DNA of 64,000 bases, from the NCBI GenBank assembly GCA_964602975.1, contig CAZRTH010000001.1, positions 70,303-134,302 of the forward strand, given 5' to 3'. This document shows, one piece after another, positions 1 through 9,082 of the stretch. Made by a program: the position numbers and the translations under genes. The notes beneath the pieces are model-generated. The model had not been told where the DNA came from, did no database searches, and was given only the letters and a program-made list of their open reading frames with translations. Origin of the DNA: an uncultured Candidatus Saccharibacteria bacterium (lineage in GTDB: Bacteria > Patescibacteriota > Minisyncoccia > Phycocordibacterales > JBBTRF01). The first letter of the stretch is position 1. Each line of letters starts with the position of its first letter.

Positions 1-146
1 AAGGCGGCGGCGCAAAAGAGTAACCTACGGAAGATGACCTCCTGTTCACAAGGAAGGTCCTAACAACTATCTTTTGTCAAACAACTGCCGGTCTGGTGGA
101 CGCGGGCTACTGAGCCCTGCAGACCACCTTCGCCGTAATTACTTAC
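1..146 (-). ncRNA. Putative structured RNA or leader, cut by the window edge
   Basis: Lies downstream of the minus-strand promoter at 153-180. Contains nested helices GGTCTG/CAGACC, GGGCT/AGCCC, CAAAAGA/TCTTTTG and GACC.TCCT/AGGAGGTC. No convincing ORF. Confidence 0.4.
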
Positions 147-152
147 AAGAGT

Positions 153-180
153 ATCATAGCATACCTACAGGTTTTGTCAA
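153..180 (-). promoter_or_regulatory. sigma70 promoter
   Basis: TTGACA-16 nt-TATGAT on the minus strand. Confidence 0.65.
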
Positions 181-210
181 GCAGATGGCGATTTTATGGG
201 ACAAGGCAAC

Positions 211-238
211 AAAAAACGCCTATTTAAAGGCGTTTTTT
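211..238 (-). terminator. Intrinsic terminator after aspS (symmetric)
   Basis: AAAAAACGCCT-ATTTAA-AGGCGTTTTTT. Confidence 0.75.
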
Positions 239-279
239 GTCATTTATCTCACATTCCGACTACCTCTACACTGCCCTAT

Positions 280-1611
280 CTACTGACTCAACAAATTATC
301 AATGCGATTCATATCGCGTGGGAAAGTGGTCGCCTCTTTGACGTTTGGAAGCTCGAGCATGCGAGCGGTAAAGCGCTCGAGGCCAGTGGAAGAACCGCCG
401 TGGGGTGGCATGCCGTACTTGAAGGCTTGGAGATAGAATGAAAACTTCTCCGGATTGAGGCCACGTTCCTTCATGCGAGCGACGAGGGCTTCGTAATTGT
501 GGATGCGTTGCGCCCCGCTGTTGATCTCGAGTCCGCGGAAGAGCAAGTCGAAGCCGCGAGAGAGTGGCGCTTCGCTTGGCTCCTCGTACGTATAGAAGGC
601 ACGCTTCTTTGTCGGGAATCGGGTGATGAATACAAAGTCTGAACCGAGGTGCTTCTTCGCGTACTCGCAGATCTGTCGCTCGTCCTCCGGCCCCATATCA
701 TTGGTGTCCTCAATTGCGCGGTTATACTCCTTGGCGACAAGGTCCTGCGCCTCTTTCAAGGTGAACACAGGGATCTTTGCCGGAATCAATGGCGCAGTGG
801 TGCCAAAACGAGCAAATATATCGGCATGGTCGGCGCTGACTGCCTTCACGGTGTCGCGGATCGTAGTTTCGAGCACGCGCATCGGCTCTCGTTCATCGCG
901 AATGAAGCCCATCTCAAAGTCGAGGCAGGTCGCTTCGCTCAAATGCCGAGTAGTCGCGCTCTTCTCTGCGCGGAAGATCTTTGCCACGGTAAACGCCTTT
1001 TCGAAAGGACCTACCATGATCTGCTTGTAGAACTGCGGGCTGGTCGCCAGGTATGCAGTCTTGTCTTTGAAGTATTCAACTTTGAATGCTGCCGCACCAC
1101 CTTCTGCGTCGCCGCCCACAAGTGCCGGAGAAATGAATTCAGTGAAGCCCTGAGACGCGAGTGAGTCACGATACGCGCGAAGGATCGACGCCTGCATGGT
1201 GAAAATGTCACGCGACCGCTGGGTACGGAGAGTGAATGGGAGGTGGTCAAGATGAGTGTCGAGATTGGTCTCGGCCCCCAAAGCAAAAGGCACCTCCTTG
1301 GCCTCGGAGAGTACGGTGATGTTCAAAATCTCCAGCTCGATGTCGCCGTTCTGCTTGTCCTTCTGCACATTCTTCTCCGGACGAGGATTGACCTTGCCGG
1401 TGACCTCCACCACCCATTCAGGTCGAAGGGTGCTGCCGACAGCATGTGCGTCTTTGGCGCCGGGGAGAATGACGCCTTGCACTTTGCCGCTCACATCACG
1501 GAAATCAAAGAAAATGAGCTTGCCCTGATCGCGGCGGATATCCACCCAGCCGGAAATACTCACCTCCTGCCCCTTTTTGCCCGCGAGGTCGCGGATATAC
1601 GTTCGTTCCAT
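280..1611 (-). CDS. aspS: Aspartate-tRNA ligase, archaeal-type/non-discriminating
   Basis: OB-fold GWV..RRDQGK, LATSPQFYKQ, motif 2 FRAE..TTRH, motif 3 PPHGG..GLERF. No GAD insert. Start placed at MERTY, just behind a TATGAT box. Confidence 0.93.
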   Translation of the reverse strand: MERTYIRDLAGKKGQEVSISGWVDIRRDQGKLIFFDFRDVSGKVQGVILPGAKDAHAVGSTLRPEWVVEVTGKVNPRPEKNVQKDKQNGDIELEILNITVLSEAKEVPFALGAETNLDTHLDHLPFTLRTQRSRDIFTMQASILRAYRDSLASQGFTEFISPALVGGDAEGGAAAFKVEYFKDKTAYLATSPQFYKQIMVGPFEKAFTVAKIFRAEKSATTRHLSEATCLDFEMGFIRDEREPMRVLETTIRDTVKAVSADHADIFARFGTTAPLIPAKIPVFTLKEAQDLVAKEYNRAIEDTNDMGPEDERQICEYAKKHLGSDFVFITRFPTKKRAFYTYEEPSEAPLSRGFDLLFRGLEINSGAQRIHNYEALVARMKERGLNPEKFSFYLQAFKYGMPPHGGSSTGLERFTARMLELPNVKEATTFPRDMNRIDNLLSQ

Positions 1612-1797
1612 AGGCGAAATCATAGCATAAACAGGCGATATCGAAGATATTGACCGACTCTCGAAAAGATGATAATTTCAGCACAAACAACAGAAGGGTT
1701 CTTTGACACAGTAGTCGCAAAAGAGTGTTTTCGCCATTCGGAAACAGCTCGTGTCTGAGACCTCGCCTCCACCTGACAGCACAAACCTACTCGTTTT

Positions 1798-2499
1798 ATG
1801 ACATCCTCACCCTCTGCCCCGGCCAGTAGTCACACCCTCACCACCAGCATTACCCCAGATGTGTTGATGGGCGCCTTCGCCCAAATCCTGCTGATTCAGC
1901 CTGGCCACAGCGCGCCCGGCGGGAACAGAATCAGTAATTGCGGTCGCGAGCAAGCCCAGTGGATCGGAGAAAACGCACTCATTGATGCGAATCTCATCTT
2001 CGTCTCGAACGACCAGATCGCGCATCAGACGGTCGGCGAGATCATGATTACCACTCAACACGAGGAATGTGCGCAGTGCTATGTCGGCGAATTGGAAGCC
2101 TTGGTGACGCCGAAACACCCTCTGCATGCCACGTTGGGCTGTCTTGAGAGGGTGCCTCTCGTGAACCCCACTCGTCCCAGTCGTGGCCTTTTCAGCTATG
2201 CAGAAGCGCCGATCTTGAAGCGCTGGGCTTTGGACACCCTCGAGGCGATGATGCGGAAGAGTGGTGATCAGTATGACATCTGGGCCATCGTCGCAACAAG
2301 TCACTTTGTCAGTGTCCAAATGTTGGCCTGGATGATCAACGAGATCCTCGGTGACCGCAACCCCAATTATGCCGAGAACAAATCTCTCGTCGAGCTGATT
2401 ATCCTCAAGCACGGCGAATGCTTCCGGCTGGAATTCCTTGCTGACGCTGAACCGTATAGCATGAGGATTGTTCTGCTGACGCCGCCTGGTGCACGGTAA
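1798..2499 (+). CDS. Orphan protein, degenerate histidine-phosphatase (PGM/SixA)-like fold
   Basis: LLIQPGHS...ISNCGREQA resembles RHG...LTxxGxxQA. The later IVATSH resembles the second His motif. Confidence 0.55.
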   Translation: MTSSPSAPASSHTLTTSITPDVLMGAFAQILLIQPGHSAPGGNRISNCGREQAQWIGENALIDANLIFVSNDQIAHQTVGEIMITTQHEECAQCYVGELEALVTPKHPLHATLGCLERVPLVNPTRPSRGLFSYAEAPILKRWALDTLEAMMRKSGDQYDIWAIVATSHFVSVQMLAWMINEILGDRNPNYAENKSLVELIILKHGECFRLEFLADAEPYSMRIVLLTPPGAR

Positions 2500-2534
2500 C
2501 TTGGTTGCTCAACCATACGCCTCACAGCGCCCCT

Positions 2535-2579
2535 ACCCTCGACCCGCGTTCATTCGCAGGTCGAGCGGTTTTTTATTTT
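2535..2579 (+). terminator. Intrinsic terminator
   Basis: CTCGACC...GGTCGAG stem followed by a T run. Confidence 0.65.
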
Positions 2580-2598
2580 AGAACTTTTTGTTTTGTCG

Positions 2599-4350
2599 CT
2601 ACGCCACGATCATCTGCCCCTCCTTTTCGACGAGGTTTTTGTATTGCTCGCAGGTGGCGAGGAGTACGGCATGACTGCCGATGCCGGCCACTCGGCCCTT
2701 CTCCATCACGATGATCTTGTCGGCGTGGCGGATGGTCGAAAGTCGATGAGCAATGATGATGCCAGTGCGGCCCTTCATCGCATCGCGCATTGCCTGCTGG
2801 ATGTAGGCGTCGTTGATGGTGTCGAGACTGTTGGTCGCTTCGTCCAAAATGAGCAGCCGCGGATCCTTGAGCAACGCTCGCGCGATTGCCACACGCTGAC
2901 GCTCGCCGCCGGAGAGCTTCACGCCGTTTTCGCCGATCTTGGTGTCGAAGCCGTCGGGCAAGCGGTCGAAGAATGAGCTGATCTTTGAAAGCTCGGCGAT
3001 CTCCTTCAGACGCTCCTCAGTGACCTTGCTTTGGTCCTTGATGCCGAACAGAAGATTGTATCGCAAGGTGTCATCCCAAAGACGCACCTGCTGCTCGACA
3101 TAGCCGATGGAAGAGCGGAAGGATTGCAGGTCCACCTGCTTCAGATCGGTACCGTCCACGGTGATCTCGCCCGACACAGGGTCGAAGCCACGAAGCAACA
3201 AGCTGACAATGGTCGACTTCCCTGCTCCGGAATGGCCCACGATGGCCACCACTTCGCCAGAGTTGATCGAGAAAGAAACGTCATGCAGAGCATTCACCTC
3301 TGTCTTTGCTTCCGGATATGAGAAAGAAACATTCTTGAACTCCACATCACCCTTCATCGGATGAAATGTCACGCCGTTTGCGGGCGATACAATGCTTGGC
3401 TTGAGGTCGATGATCTTGAAATAGCGAAACACGTCTACGGATTGCACGATCATACGACGAAATATCCTAGCCATCTGATCCGACTGACCAAATACCATCC
3501 GTGCCCACGCAATGGTTGCCATAAGTGCGCCGGCGGTGAGCGAGCCTTGTAGCACCAAGTACGCGCCAGCCGAGATCACTGCCAAGTTGCCGAGTCGACT
3601 TATGGTATCTCTTGAGAGTCCAATGCTCATGTGATACTTTAACCACATCTTTTCGCCAAATGTGGTAACTTTTTGATATTCCGTATTCAATCTCGAAATG
3701 GTTTCCTCTTCGTGTCCCGAGAGCATCACTAGGGGCAGTGAGCGCAATACTTCAGAGTATTGTTGGCCTACAATATCATCAATCTTCCGCCATTCTCGGA
3801 TGCGTGAGGCCATGCGAATGTTTGCAGGTATCGAGATCGATAGGGAGAGGGCAACGGTGCCTAATACTATGAAGCCTAGCGTGTGGTTGCTAGTAAAGAG
3901 GAAGCCGAAGGCAAAAACGATTGTCGTGAGACCGGGTAAAATATCATACATTGATGCCTGCGCGACGTTGGATACCGCATTCGCTCCCTGAGTCGCTACT
4001 TTTTGACGGAACCCAGAGTTTTGTCCGGTGATTTGCCCGAGGGAGAGTGATGCTGCTTTTTTCACCGTATTCATATCGATAACCTGACTAATGCGGAAGA
4101 TGAATCTCTGATTTTCAACATTGGTGTGGATGTAGTCGAGTATCAAGTCACCAAGCATGGTGAAGCCTAGGATCATCACCAGATGCCAGACATTTTCTGC
4201 CACAGGATGAAAGAAAGCGTCCACCAGTTTTCCCCAATAGTAGGGCTGGACGAGCTCAAAGGCCTTTCTCGCGAAGACAAGAAAAATGAGGATACCGAAG
4301 GTACCCCAGAATGGACGCAGTAGCGTCAATATTTTTTTGAACATCTCCAC
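2599..4350 (-). CDS. ABC exporter, fused permease/ATP-binding (MsbA/MdlB-like)
   Basis: TM domain, GHSGAGKST, LSGGERQR, LLILDEAT, IAHRLST. Confidence 0.92.
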   Translation of the reverse strand: MEMFKKILTLLRPFWGTFGILIFLVFARKAFELVQPYYWGKLVDAFFHPVAENVWHLVMILGFTMLGDLILDYIHTNVENQRFIFRISQVIDMNTVKKAASLSLGQITGQNSGFRQKVATQGANAVSNVAQASMYDILPGLTTIVFAFGFLFTSNHTLGFIVLGTVALSLSISIPANIRMASRIREWRKIDDIVGQQYSEVLRSLPLVMLSGHEEETISRLNTEYQKVTTFGEKMWLKYHMSIGLSRDTISRLGNLAVISAGAYLVLQGSLTAGALMATIAWARMVFGQSDQMARIFRRMIVQSVDVFRYFKIIDLKPSIVSPANGVTFHPMKGDVEFKNVSFSYPEAKTEVNALHDVSFSINSGEVVAIVGHSGAGKSTIVSLLLRGFDPVSGEITVDGTDLKQVDLQSFRSSIGYVEQQVRLWDDTLRYNLLFGIKDQSKVTEERLKEIAELSKISSFFDRLPDGFDTKIGENGVKLSGGERQRVAIARALLKDPRLLILDEATNSLDTINDAYIQQAMRDAMKGRTGIIIAHRLSTIRHADKIIVMEKGRVAGIGSHAVLLATCEQYKNLVEKEGQMIVA

Positions 4351-4395
4351 ATAGTATCAGAGACGAAAGATACTTGTCTACAATGTCTGCATATT

Positions 4396-5370
4396 TTAGA
4401 ACACCAACCCTGTTTTCTTCCGCACCTCTTCCATCTTGGCCTCAGCGCGTACACGAGCCTTTTTGCCGCCTTCGGCGAGGATCTTGAGGACACGGCTGCG
4501 ATCTTTCGCCAGTTCGGCTCGGCGTTCACGAAGAGGTGTCACGAAGGCGATGAGGTCCGCCAACAAAGCTTCTTTGAGATCTTTGTACTTCCCTGCCTTC
4601 TCGGTGTAGAGGGCGTCGAGATACGCCTTGTCGCGGAATAGCTCGTGGATAGCGCGGACATTCACCGGCACACCGCCTGAAGAGTCGGTGACGATAGACA
4701 TCACCAGCTTGCGGAGCTCTTCATCGGTCGAAAAGAGCGGGATGTGGTTGCTGTAGCTTTTGCTCATCTTTTGACCGTCGATACCAGGCACGGTTTTGAC
4801 GTCTTCTAGAATAAGCGGCTCGGGTAATTTGAATGTCTCGCCAAAGATGCGGTTGAATTTCTCCGCAGTATCGCGGGCATATTCGACGTGTTGCTTCTGG
4901 TCCTGCCCCACCGGCACCACAGCGGCGTTGGCGATGAGAATATCCGCCGCCATCAGGATCGGGTAGTCAAAAAGACCGACATTGATCTCCTTGTTCTTGG
5001 CCTCCGCGTCCTTGAAAGCATGTGCACGCATCAGATACGGCATGGTGGTGAGGCAGTTGAAGATCCAGCCAAGCTCAGTGACCTGAGGAGTGTCGGACTG
5101 TTTGAAGAGCGTCACCTTTTTTGGATCGATGCCGATGGCCAAATAGTCGAGCACGAGATCGTATGTCGCTTGGGAAAGCTCCGCCGCATTTTGCACAGTG
5201 GTGAGGGCGTGCAGGTCGGCAATGAAAATATGCGCGTCGTGCGTTTCTTGCAGATCGACATACTGCTTCATGGCGCCGAAATAGTTTCCAATATGCGGTC
5301 GGCCGGTGGGCTTCACGCCGGACAATAAAATAGGCCGATCGGCCGGAAGCGATTTCTTGAAGATACTCAT
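4396..5370 (-). CDS. trpS: Tryptophan-tRNA ligase
   Basis: HIGN, KMSKS, YPILMAADIL, VPVGQDQKQH. Confidence 0.96.
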   Translation of the reverse strand: MSIFKKSLPADRPILLSGVKPTGRPHIGNYFGAMKQYVDLQETHDAHIFIADLHALTTVQNAAELSQATYDLVLDYLAIGIDPKKVTLFKQSDTPQVTELGWIFNCLTTMPYLMRAHAFKDAEAKNKEINVGLFDYPILMAADILIANAAVVPVGQDQKQHVEYARDTAEKFNRIFGETFKLPEPLILEDVKTVPGIDGQKMSKSYSNHIPLFSTDEELRKLVMSIVTDSSGGVPVNVRAIHELFRDKAYLDALYTEKAGKYKDLKEALLADLIAFVTPLRERRAELAKDRSRVLKILAEGGKKARVRAEAKMEEVRKKTGLVF

Positions 5371-5425
5371 GTGTCGATTATAGCAAAAAGGCCGACAGAC
5401 CGGAAATCGAAACTGCAGCGCCCCC

Positions 5426-7081
5426 TTACTTCCCCTGCGCCGCCTCTAGCTGAATATGGAAGGTCGAACCCTTACCTTCGCCAGGTGATTCCACCCAGAC
5501 CCTGCCTCCCTGATGCCCTTCCACCATCTGCTTCACGACATACAAGCCGAGACCGGTACCGGAAACGTTGGTCGAGATGCCATTCTTGGCACGGCTAAAT
5601 TTTGCGAACAACTTCTCGATGTTTTCCGCGGAGATACCGACGCCAGTGTCTTTCACGGAAATATCGATACAGTTGCTAGAGTTTCCCTGTCCACTCGCGC
5701 CTATTGGTGTCACTCGTGTTCCTCGCGTTACCTTCACGGACACTGAACCCTTCGGTGTGTACTTGATCGAATTATCGACAATATTGGTGATCGCCTGCTT
5801 TATCTTCCCCAGGTCGATCCGCGTCATGAATTTTTCAGTGCGATCGAAATCCGCGGTCAAAGTGATGCCTCGCTTCTCCGCGTTTGGCTTCAATTCATCG
5901 CAGACTTGCGAGACGATCGCCCCGACATCGGAGACGACAAAGTCGTACTTCATTTGACCCTGCTCGATACGGGAGATGTTGAGGAAGTCGTCCACCATGA
6001 TCGCCATGCTGCTGCTGGATTGCAGGATGATGTCGACAACCTCTCGGAGCTCTTTCGAAAGCGGGCCGAAATTGCCTTCCATTATCAGAGAGGAGTATCC
6101 TTTGATCGCGGTGATAGGCGCGCGGATCTGATGCGACGCGATAGACAAGAACTCGGACTTCAGCTGGTCGAGCTCTTTGAGGCGATCGTTTGCTTTGGCG
6201 AGGTCTTTGGCAAGCGATTCGATGCGCTCGCGGGTGGAGACTTCTTTAATAACGCTACGAATTAGCAGTGTTCCGAAGACAACTACAACAAGTAGGACGA
6301 AGATGTTGATAATCTGGTCGAGGTTATTGGTAGAAAGAAATACTTTTACCAATAGTACTATCCATAGCGAGAAAGTGATGATTTGAGTCGCAACAACCTT
6401 CATATCAAAAAGATGGTGACGTGTTATAGCGTAACCGATAGAGAAAACCATAATGACGGTGAACACTGGCCCTAACCAGATGTATTGGTAATTACCAACA
6501 AATGGGAGGAATAGATTAAATACCATTCCTAAAAGAAAGGCGAGGGATGTTCCACCGATAATAAAATTGAGTTGCAGACGTTCCTCATAAGACTTAAATA
6601 ACCTGTATTTCTTAAAGAAGATGTAATATGAAATTGACACATACATCAAAAAATACATTGAGTATGCGAAATAATGGTTGTAATCGAGTAATGCATTCTT
6701 TCCCCACTCGGCCTGCTCGATAGCTACTACGAGAAAATGACTATCGTACAGGAAAACTCCGACAAGCAAGAAAATTGGCAACAAGATCAGGAGATTCCTA
6801 AAACTAAACCTAAAATTATTTTCTAAAAATGCGATTGCGAAGTAGAGAAAAAAGGCTGGAATCGCTGCAGCAGCAATGTAGTACACATTAGCTGTAAACA
6901 GGGATCTGGAGAGGTTATGGTCTAGGATAAAAACGGCTAGGCCGAGTGCCCATACGGCTACCGAGAAGACAAACGCAGAATAAATGACGTTTGTAGCTGT
7001 CTTCTTTCCAAAGAAAACGAAAAGGGAGAGAATTGTGTTAATACCGGCCGTAATAAACAGAAGCGATGATTGAAAACCCAT
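5426..7081 (-). CDS. Sensor histidine kinase with multi-TM (HisKA_7TM-like) N-terminus
   Basis: Many N-terminal TM helices. H box IASHQIRAP, N box NIVDNSIKY, DTGVG, GTGLGL. Confidence 0.92.
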   Translation of the reverse strand: MGFQSSLLFITAGINTILSLFVFFGKKTATNVIYSAFVFSVAVWALGLAVFILDHNLSRSLFTANVYYIAAAAIPAFFLYFAIAFLENNFRFSFRNLLILLPIFLLVGVFLYDSHFLVVAIEQAEWGKNALLDYNHYFAYSMYFLMYVSISYYIFFKKYRLFKSYEERLQLNFIIGGTSLAFLLGMVFNLFLPFVGNYQYIWLGPVFTVIMVFSIGYAITRHHLFDMKVVATQIITFSLWIVLLVKVFLSTNNLDQIINIFVLLVVVVFGTLLIRSVIKEVSTRERIESLAKDLAKANDRLKELDQLKSEFLSIASHQIRAPITAIKGYSSLIMEGNFGPLSKELREVVDIILQSSSSMAIMVDDFLNISRIEQGQMKYDFVVSDVGAIVSQVCDELKPNAEKRGITLTADFDRTEKFMTRIDLGKIKQAITNIVDNSIKYTPKGSVSVKVTRGTRVTPIGASGQGNSSNCIDISVKDTGVGISAENIEKLFAKFSRAKNGISTNVSGTGLGLYVVKQMVEGHQGGRVWVESPGEGKGSTFHIQLEAAQGK

Positions 7082-7092
7082 TTGTCGTGTTA

Positions 7093-7995
7093 TTATTTTT
7101 CCGCCACAATCACCGTATGTACCTTGAGTGGTTCGTATAATACTAACATTTTTTCCTTTTGAAATCCTGCCTTATGTAGAAGCTCAGCGAGCTCTTCGGC
7201 TCTACGATAAATCATTGGCCAACCGATAGCGTTGGTGACAAACTTCATTTCTTTGTTGTGCACGATATTCGCCGTAATGAGCGAGCCATTAGGTTTGAGA
7301 GATTCGTGAATTGAACGAAGTGTTTCAATTGTTTTTTCGTCATCAAAATAATCTAGTAGACCGACCATCTCTACTACGTTATATTCCTCTTTTGGCGACA
7401 CGGTTTTGAAAAAATTACCGACGGTATCGTTTAGCCATCGAAACTTCTGGTCATTACCGAAAAATTCCTTAACCATCGCCTGACTATACCTCAGGGCCTC
7501 AGGATTTTTATCTAAAAAAACGGCCAACACTGGAACGGTTCCGACTGCACCAGCATCTTTAAGAGATTCAATTACTGCTCGGGCCGATCCGGAAGCAATG
7601 CTGAGTATCGAAATTTCCTCCTTTTTGACAACTAACTCCAAAAACACCTCCTTGAGCTCGCGTTTAACCAAGCGAAGGCGATTTCTAACCCCACGGGAAT
7701 TATTGCTATGAAACCAGATATGATGGGACACTTTCTGGAATAGATTTTTTGACTTGTGTGGGTGACCATTCTGATAGAGAACTTCAAGTGCCTGATGAGT
7801 AGTCGCATTCTTAATTACCTCATCGGCTGCTTCATGACTTTTCTTTATAGCATTACGAAATTTGGGTGGAATGTTATTAAGCGCAGGAATAAGAAAGAGA
7901 TTCGCGAAGGACTTGAAGAGACTATTTTTCTCGTAACCTAAGGTGTTGTCTCGGTCGGTTTTTGTTGAGGTGATTCGGTGGTTATTTTGATTCAT
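7093..7995 (-). CDS. Class I SAM-dependent methyltransferase (YnbC C-terminal/PhcB-like)
   Basis: GVRNRL, ILSIASGSAR, LDKNPEAL, MVGLLDYF, LKPNGSLITANI, GWPMIYR. Confidence 0.85.
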   Translation of the reverse strand: MNQNNHRITSTKTDRDNTLGYEKNSLFKSFANLFLIPALNNIPPKFRNAIKKSHEAADEVIKNATTHQALEVLYQNGHPHKSKNLFQKVSHHIWFHSNNSRGVRNRLRLVKRELKEVFLELVVKKEEISILSIASGSARAVIESLKDAGAVGTVPVLAVFLDKNPEALRYSQAMVKEFFGNDQKFRWLNDTVGNFFKTVSPKEEYNVVEMVGLLDYFDDEKTIETLRSIHESLKPNGSLITANIVHNKEMKFVTNAIGWPMIYRRAEELAELLHKAGFQKEKMLVLYEPLKVHTVIVAEK

Positions 7996-8115
7996 TGCGA
8001 TGTCTAGTATAACAAAATTAAGCCCAAATTACCTGCTCTACAAGGACCTCGGGTTACGTCCATTGTTTTTGTATCAACAGCAGCACTTTTTGCCTGCAGC
8101 ATTGAAGATCCGAGC

Positions 8116-8304
8116 TTGATACGAATGGCTCGCGCGTTGTTCGACGCGGTGGTACACGGCGGAAAAGTTCAGAAGATCGCCTTGAAGACGTTTGAACAGG
8201 GTACAAAGCAGGCGAAGCAGATGGAATCTGGCAAGAAAAATGAGAAGGCAGTCACCGAAAAGGTACTCGCCGATGTGCACAAGCGTTTTTGGGACGTGGA
8301 GTAG
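8116..8304 (+). CDS. Small hypothetical ORF or gene remnant
   Basis: 62-codon ORF filling the gap between the methyltransferase and acyltransferase genes. No recognisable motif. Confidence 0.3.
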   Translation: MIRMARALFDAVVHGGKVQKIALKTFEQGTKQAKQMESGKKNEKAVTEKVLADVHKRFWDVE

Positions 8305-8325
8305 AGACTTGCTCCGTCTAGCCGC

Positions 8326-9057
8326 CTATCCAAGCAACTCCTTCACTCGCACCATCACCTTCCCTGCTCCGTTATGAAAATCGTCCACCGACGGCTGAGG
8401 TGCCAGTTGTCCTGCTCCGATGATTTCTTTTACTCGCATAGGAGTTCCGAAATGAATCGTCACTTTTCGACGTCGCAGGAAAAAATCTCGAGCGGTGAGG
8501 AGCGTCAAACCCTTTATCGCCACCGGAACCACCGGCGTCTGGGTGGCATGCGCAAGAAAAGCCACTCCTCCATGAGCGGTTCCTAACGCGCCGCTCGTCG
8601 TACGTCTTCCCTCAGGAAAAATACAGACGCAGCGGCCTTTTTGCAAGAGCGCGGTGAAATTTTGCAACGCATAGGCGTAGTCGTGATGGCCGGAATACAC
8701 CGGGTAGGCGCCGACCAAGTTGAATATGCGGCCGCCATAGATGTGCTTGCGCCAGCCGGAGGAGTCGTAAAAGTCTTTTTTCTGAGAGACAAAGTACATC
8801 GGAGACCAACGCCACCAAAATGGCAGGCCGACGCGCACTAGGGGGCCGTCCCATTCGCTCGAGTGGTTTGGAGCAAAGATCAGGGCCGAGGTCTCTCCTC
8901 GTGCCTTCTGAGCCTTTTGGAAGGCCACCAATTCCTCCACTCCCTCGTATTTGAGACTACAGAACAGCTTGAATACCGACAGAGCGAACAGGAAGATCAG
9001 GGATTGCAGGAGGATTGGAATGACGGAAAAGAATCGTTTTTTCACGGTGCTTGGCAT
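8326..9057 (-). CDS. Lysophospholipid acyltransferase (PlsC-like)
   Basis: NHSSEWD (HxxxxD), IFPEGRR, PVVPVAI. Confidence 0.9.
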   Translation of the reverse strand: MPSTVKKRFFSVIPILLQSLIFLFALSVFKLFCSLKYEGVEELVAFQKAQKARGETSALIFAPNHSSEWDGPLVRVGLPFWWRWSPMYFVSQKKDFYDSSGWRKHIYGGRIFNLVGAYPVYSGHHDYAYALQNFTALLQKGRCVCIFPEGRRTTSGALGTAHGGVAFLAHATQTPVVPVAIKGLTLLTARDFFLRRRKVTIHFGTPMRVKEIIGAGQLAPQPSVDDFHNGAGKVMVRVKELLG

Positions 9058-9082
9058 TATACCACCTCTTGGGAGAGCCTGT

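Noticed and set aside
79-120. tmRNA-like resume context (AAACAACTGCC, stop codon in a hairpin) on the plus strand
   Set aside because: The tag would end in GY, no tRNA-like 3' end follows, and the promoter points the other way.
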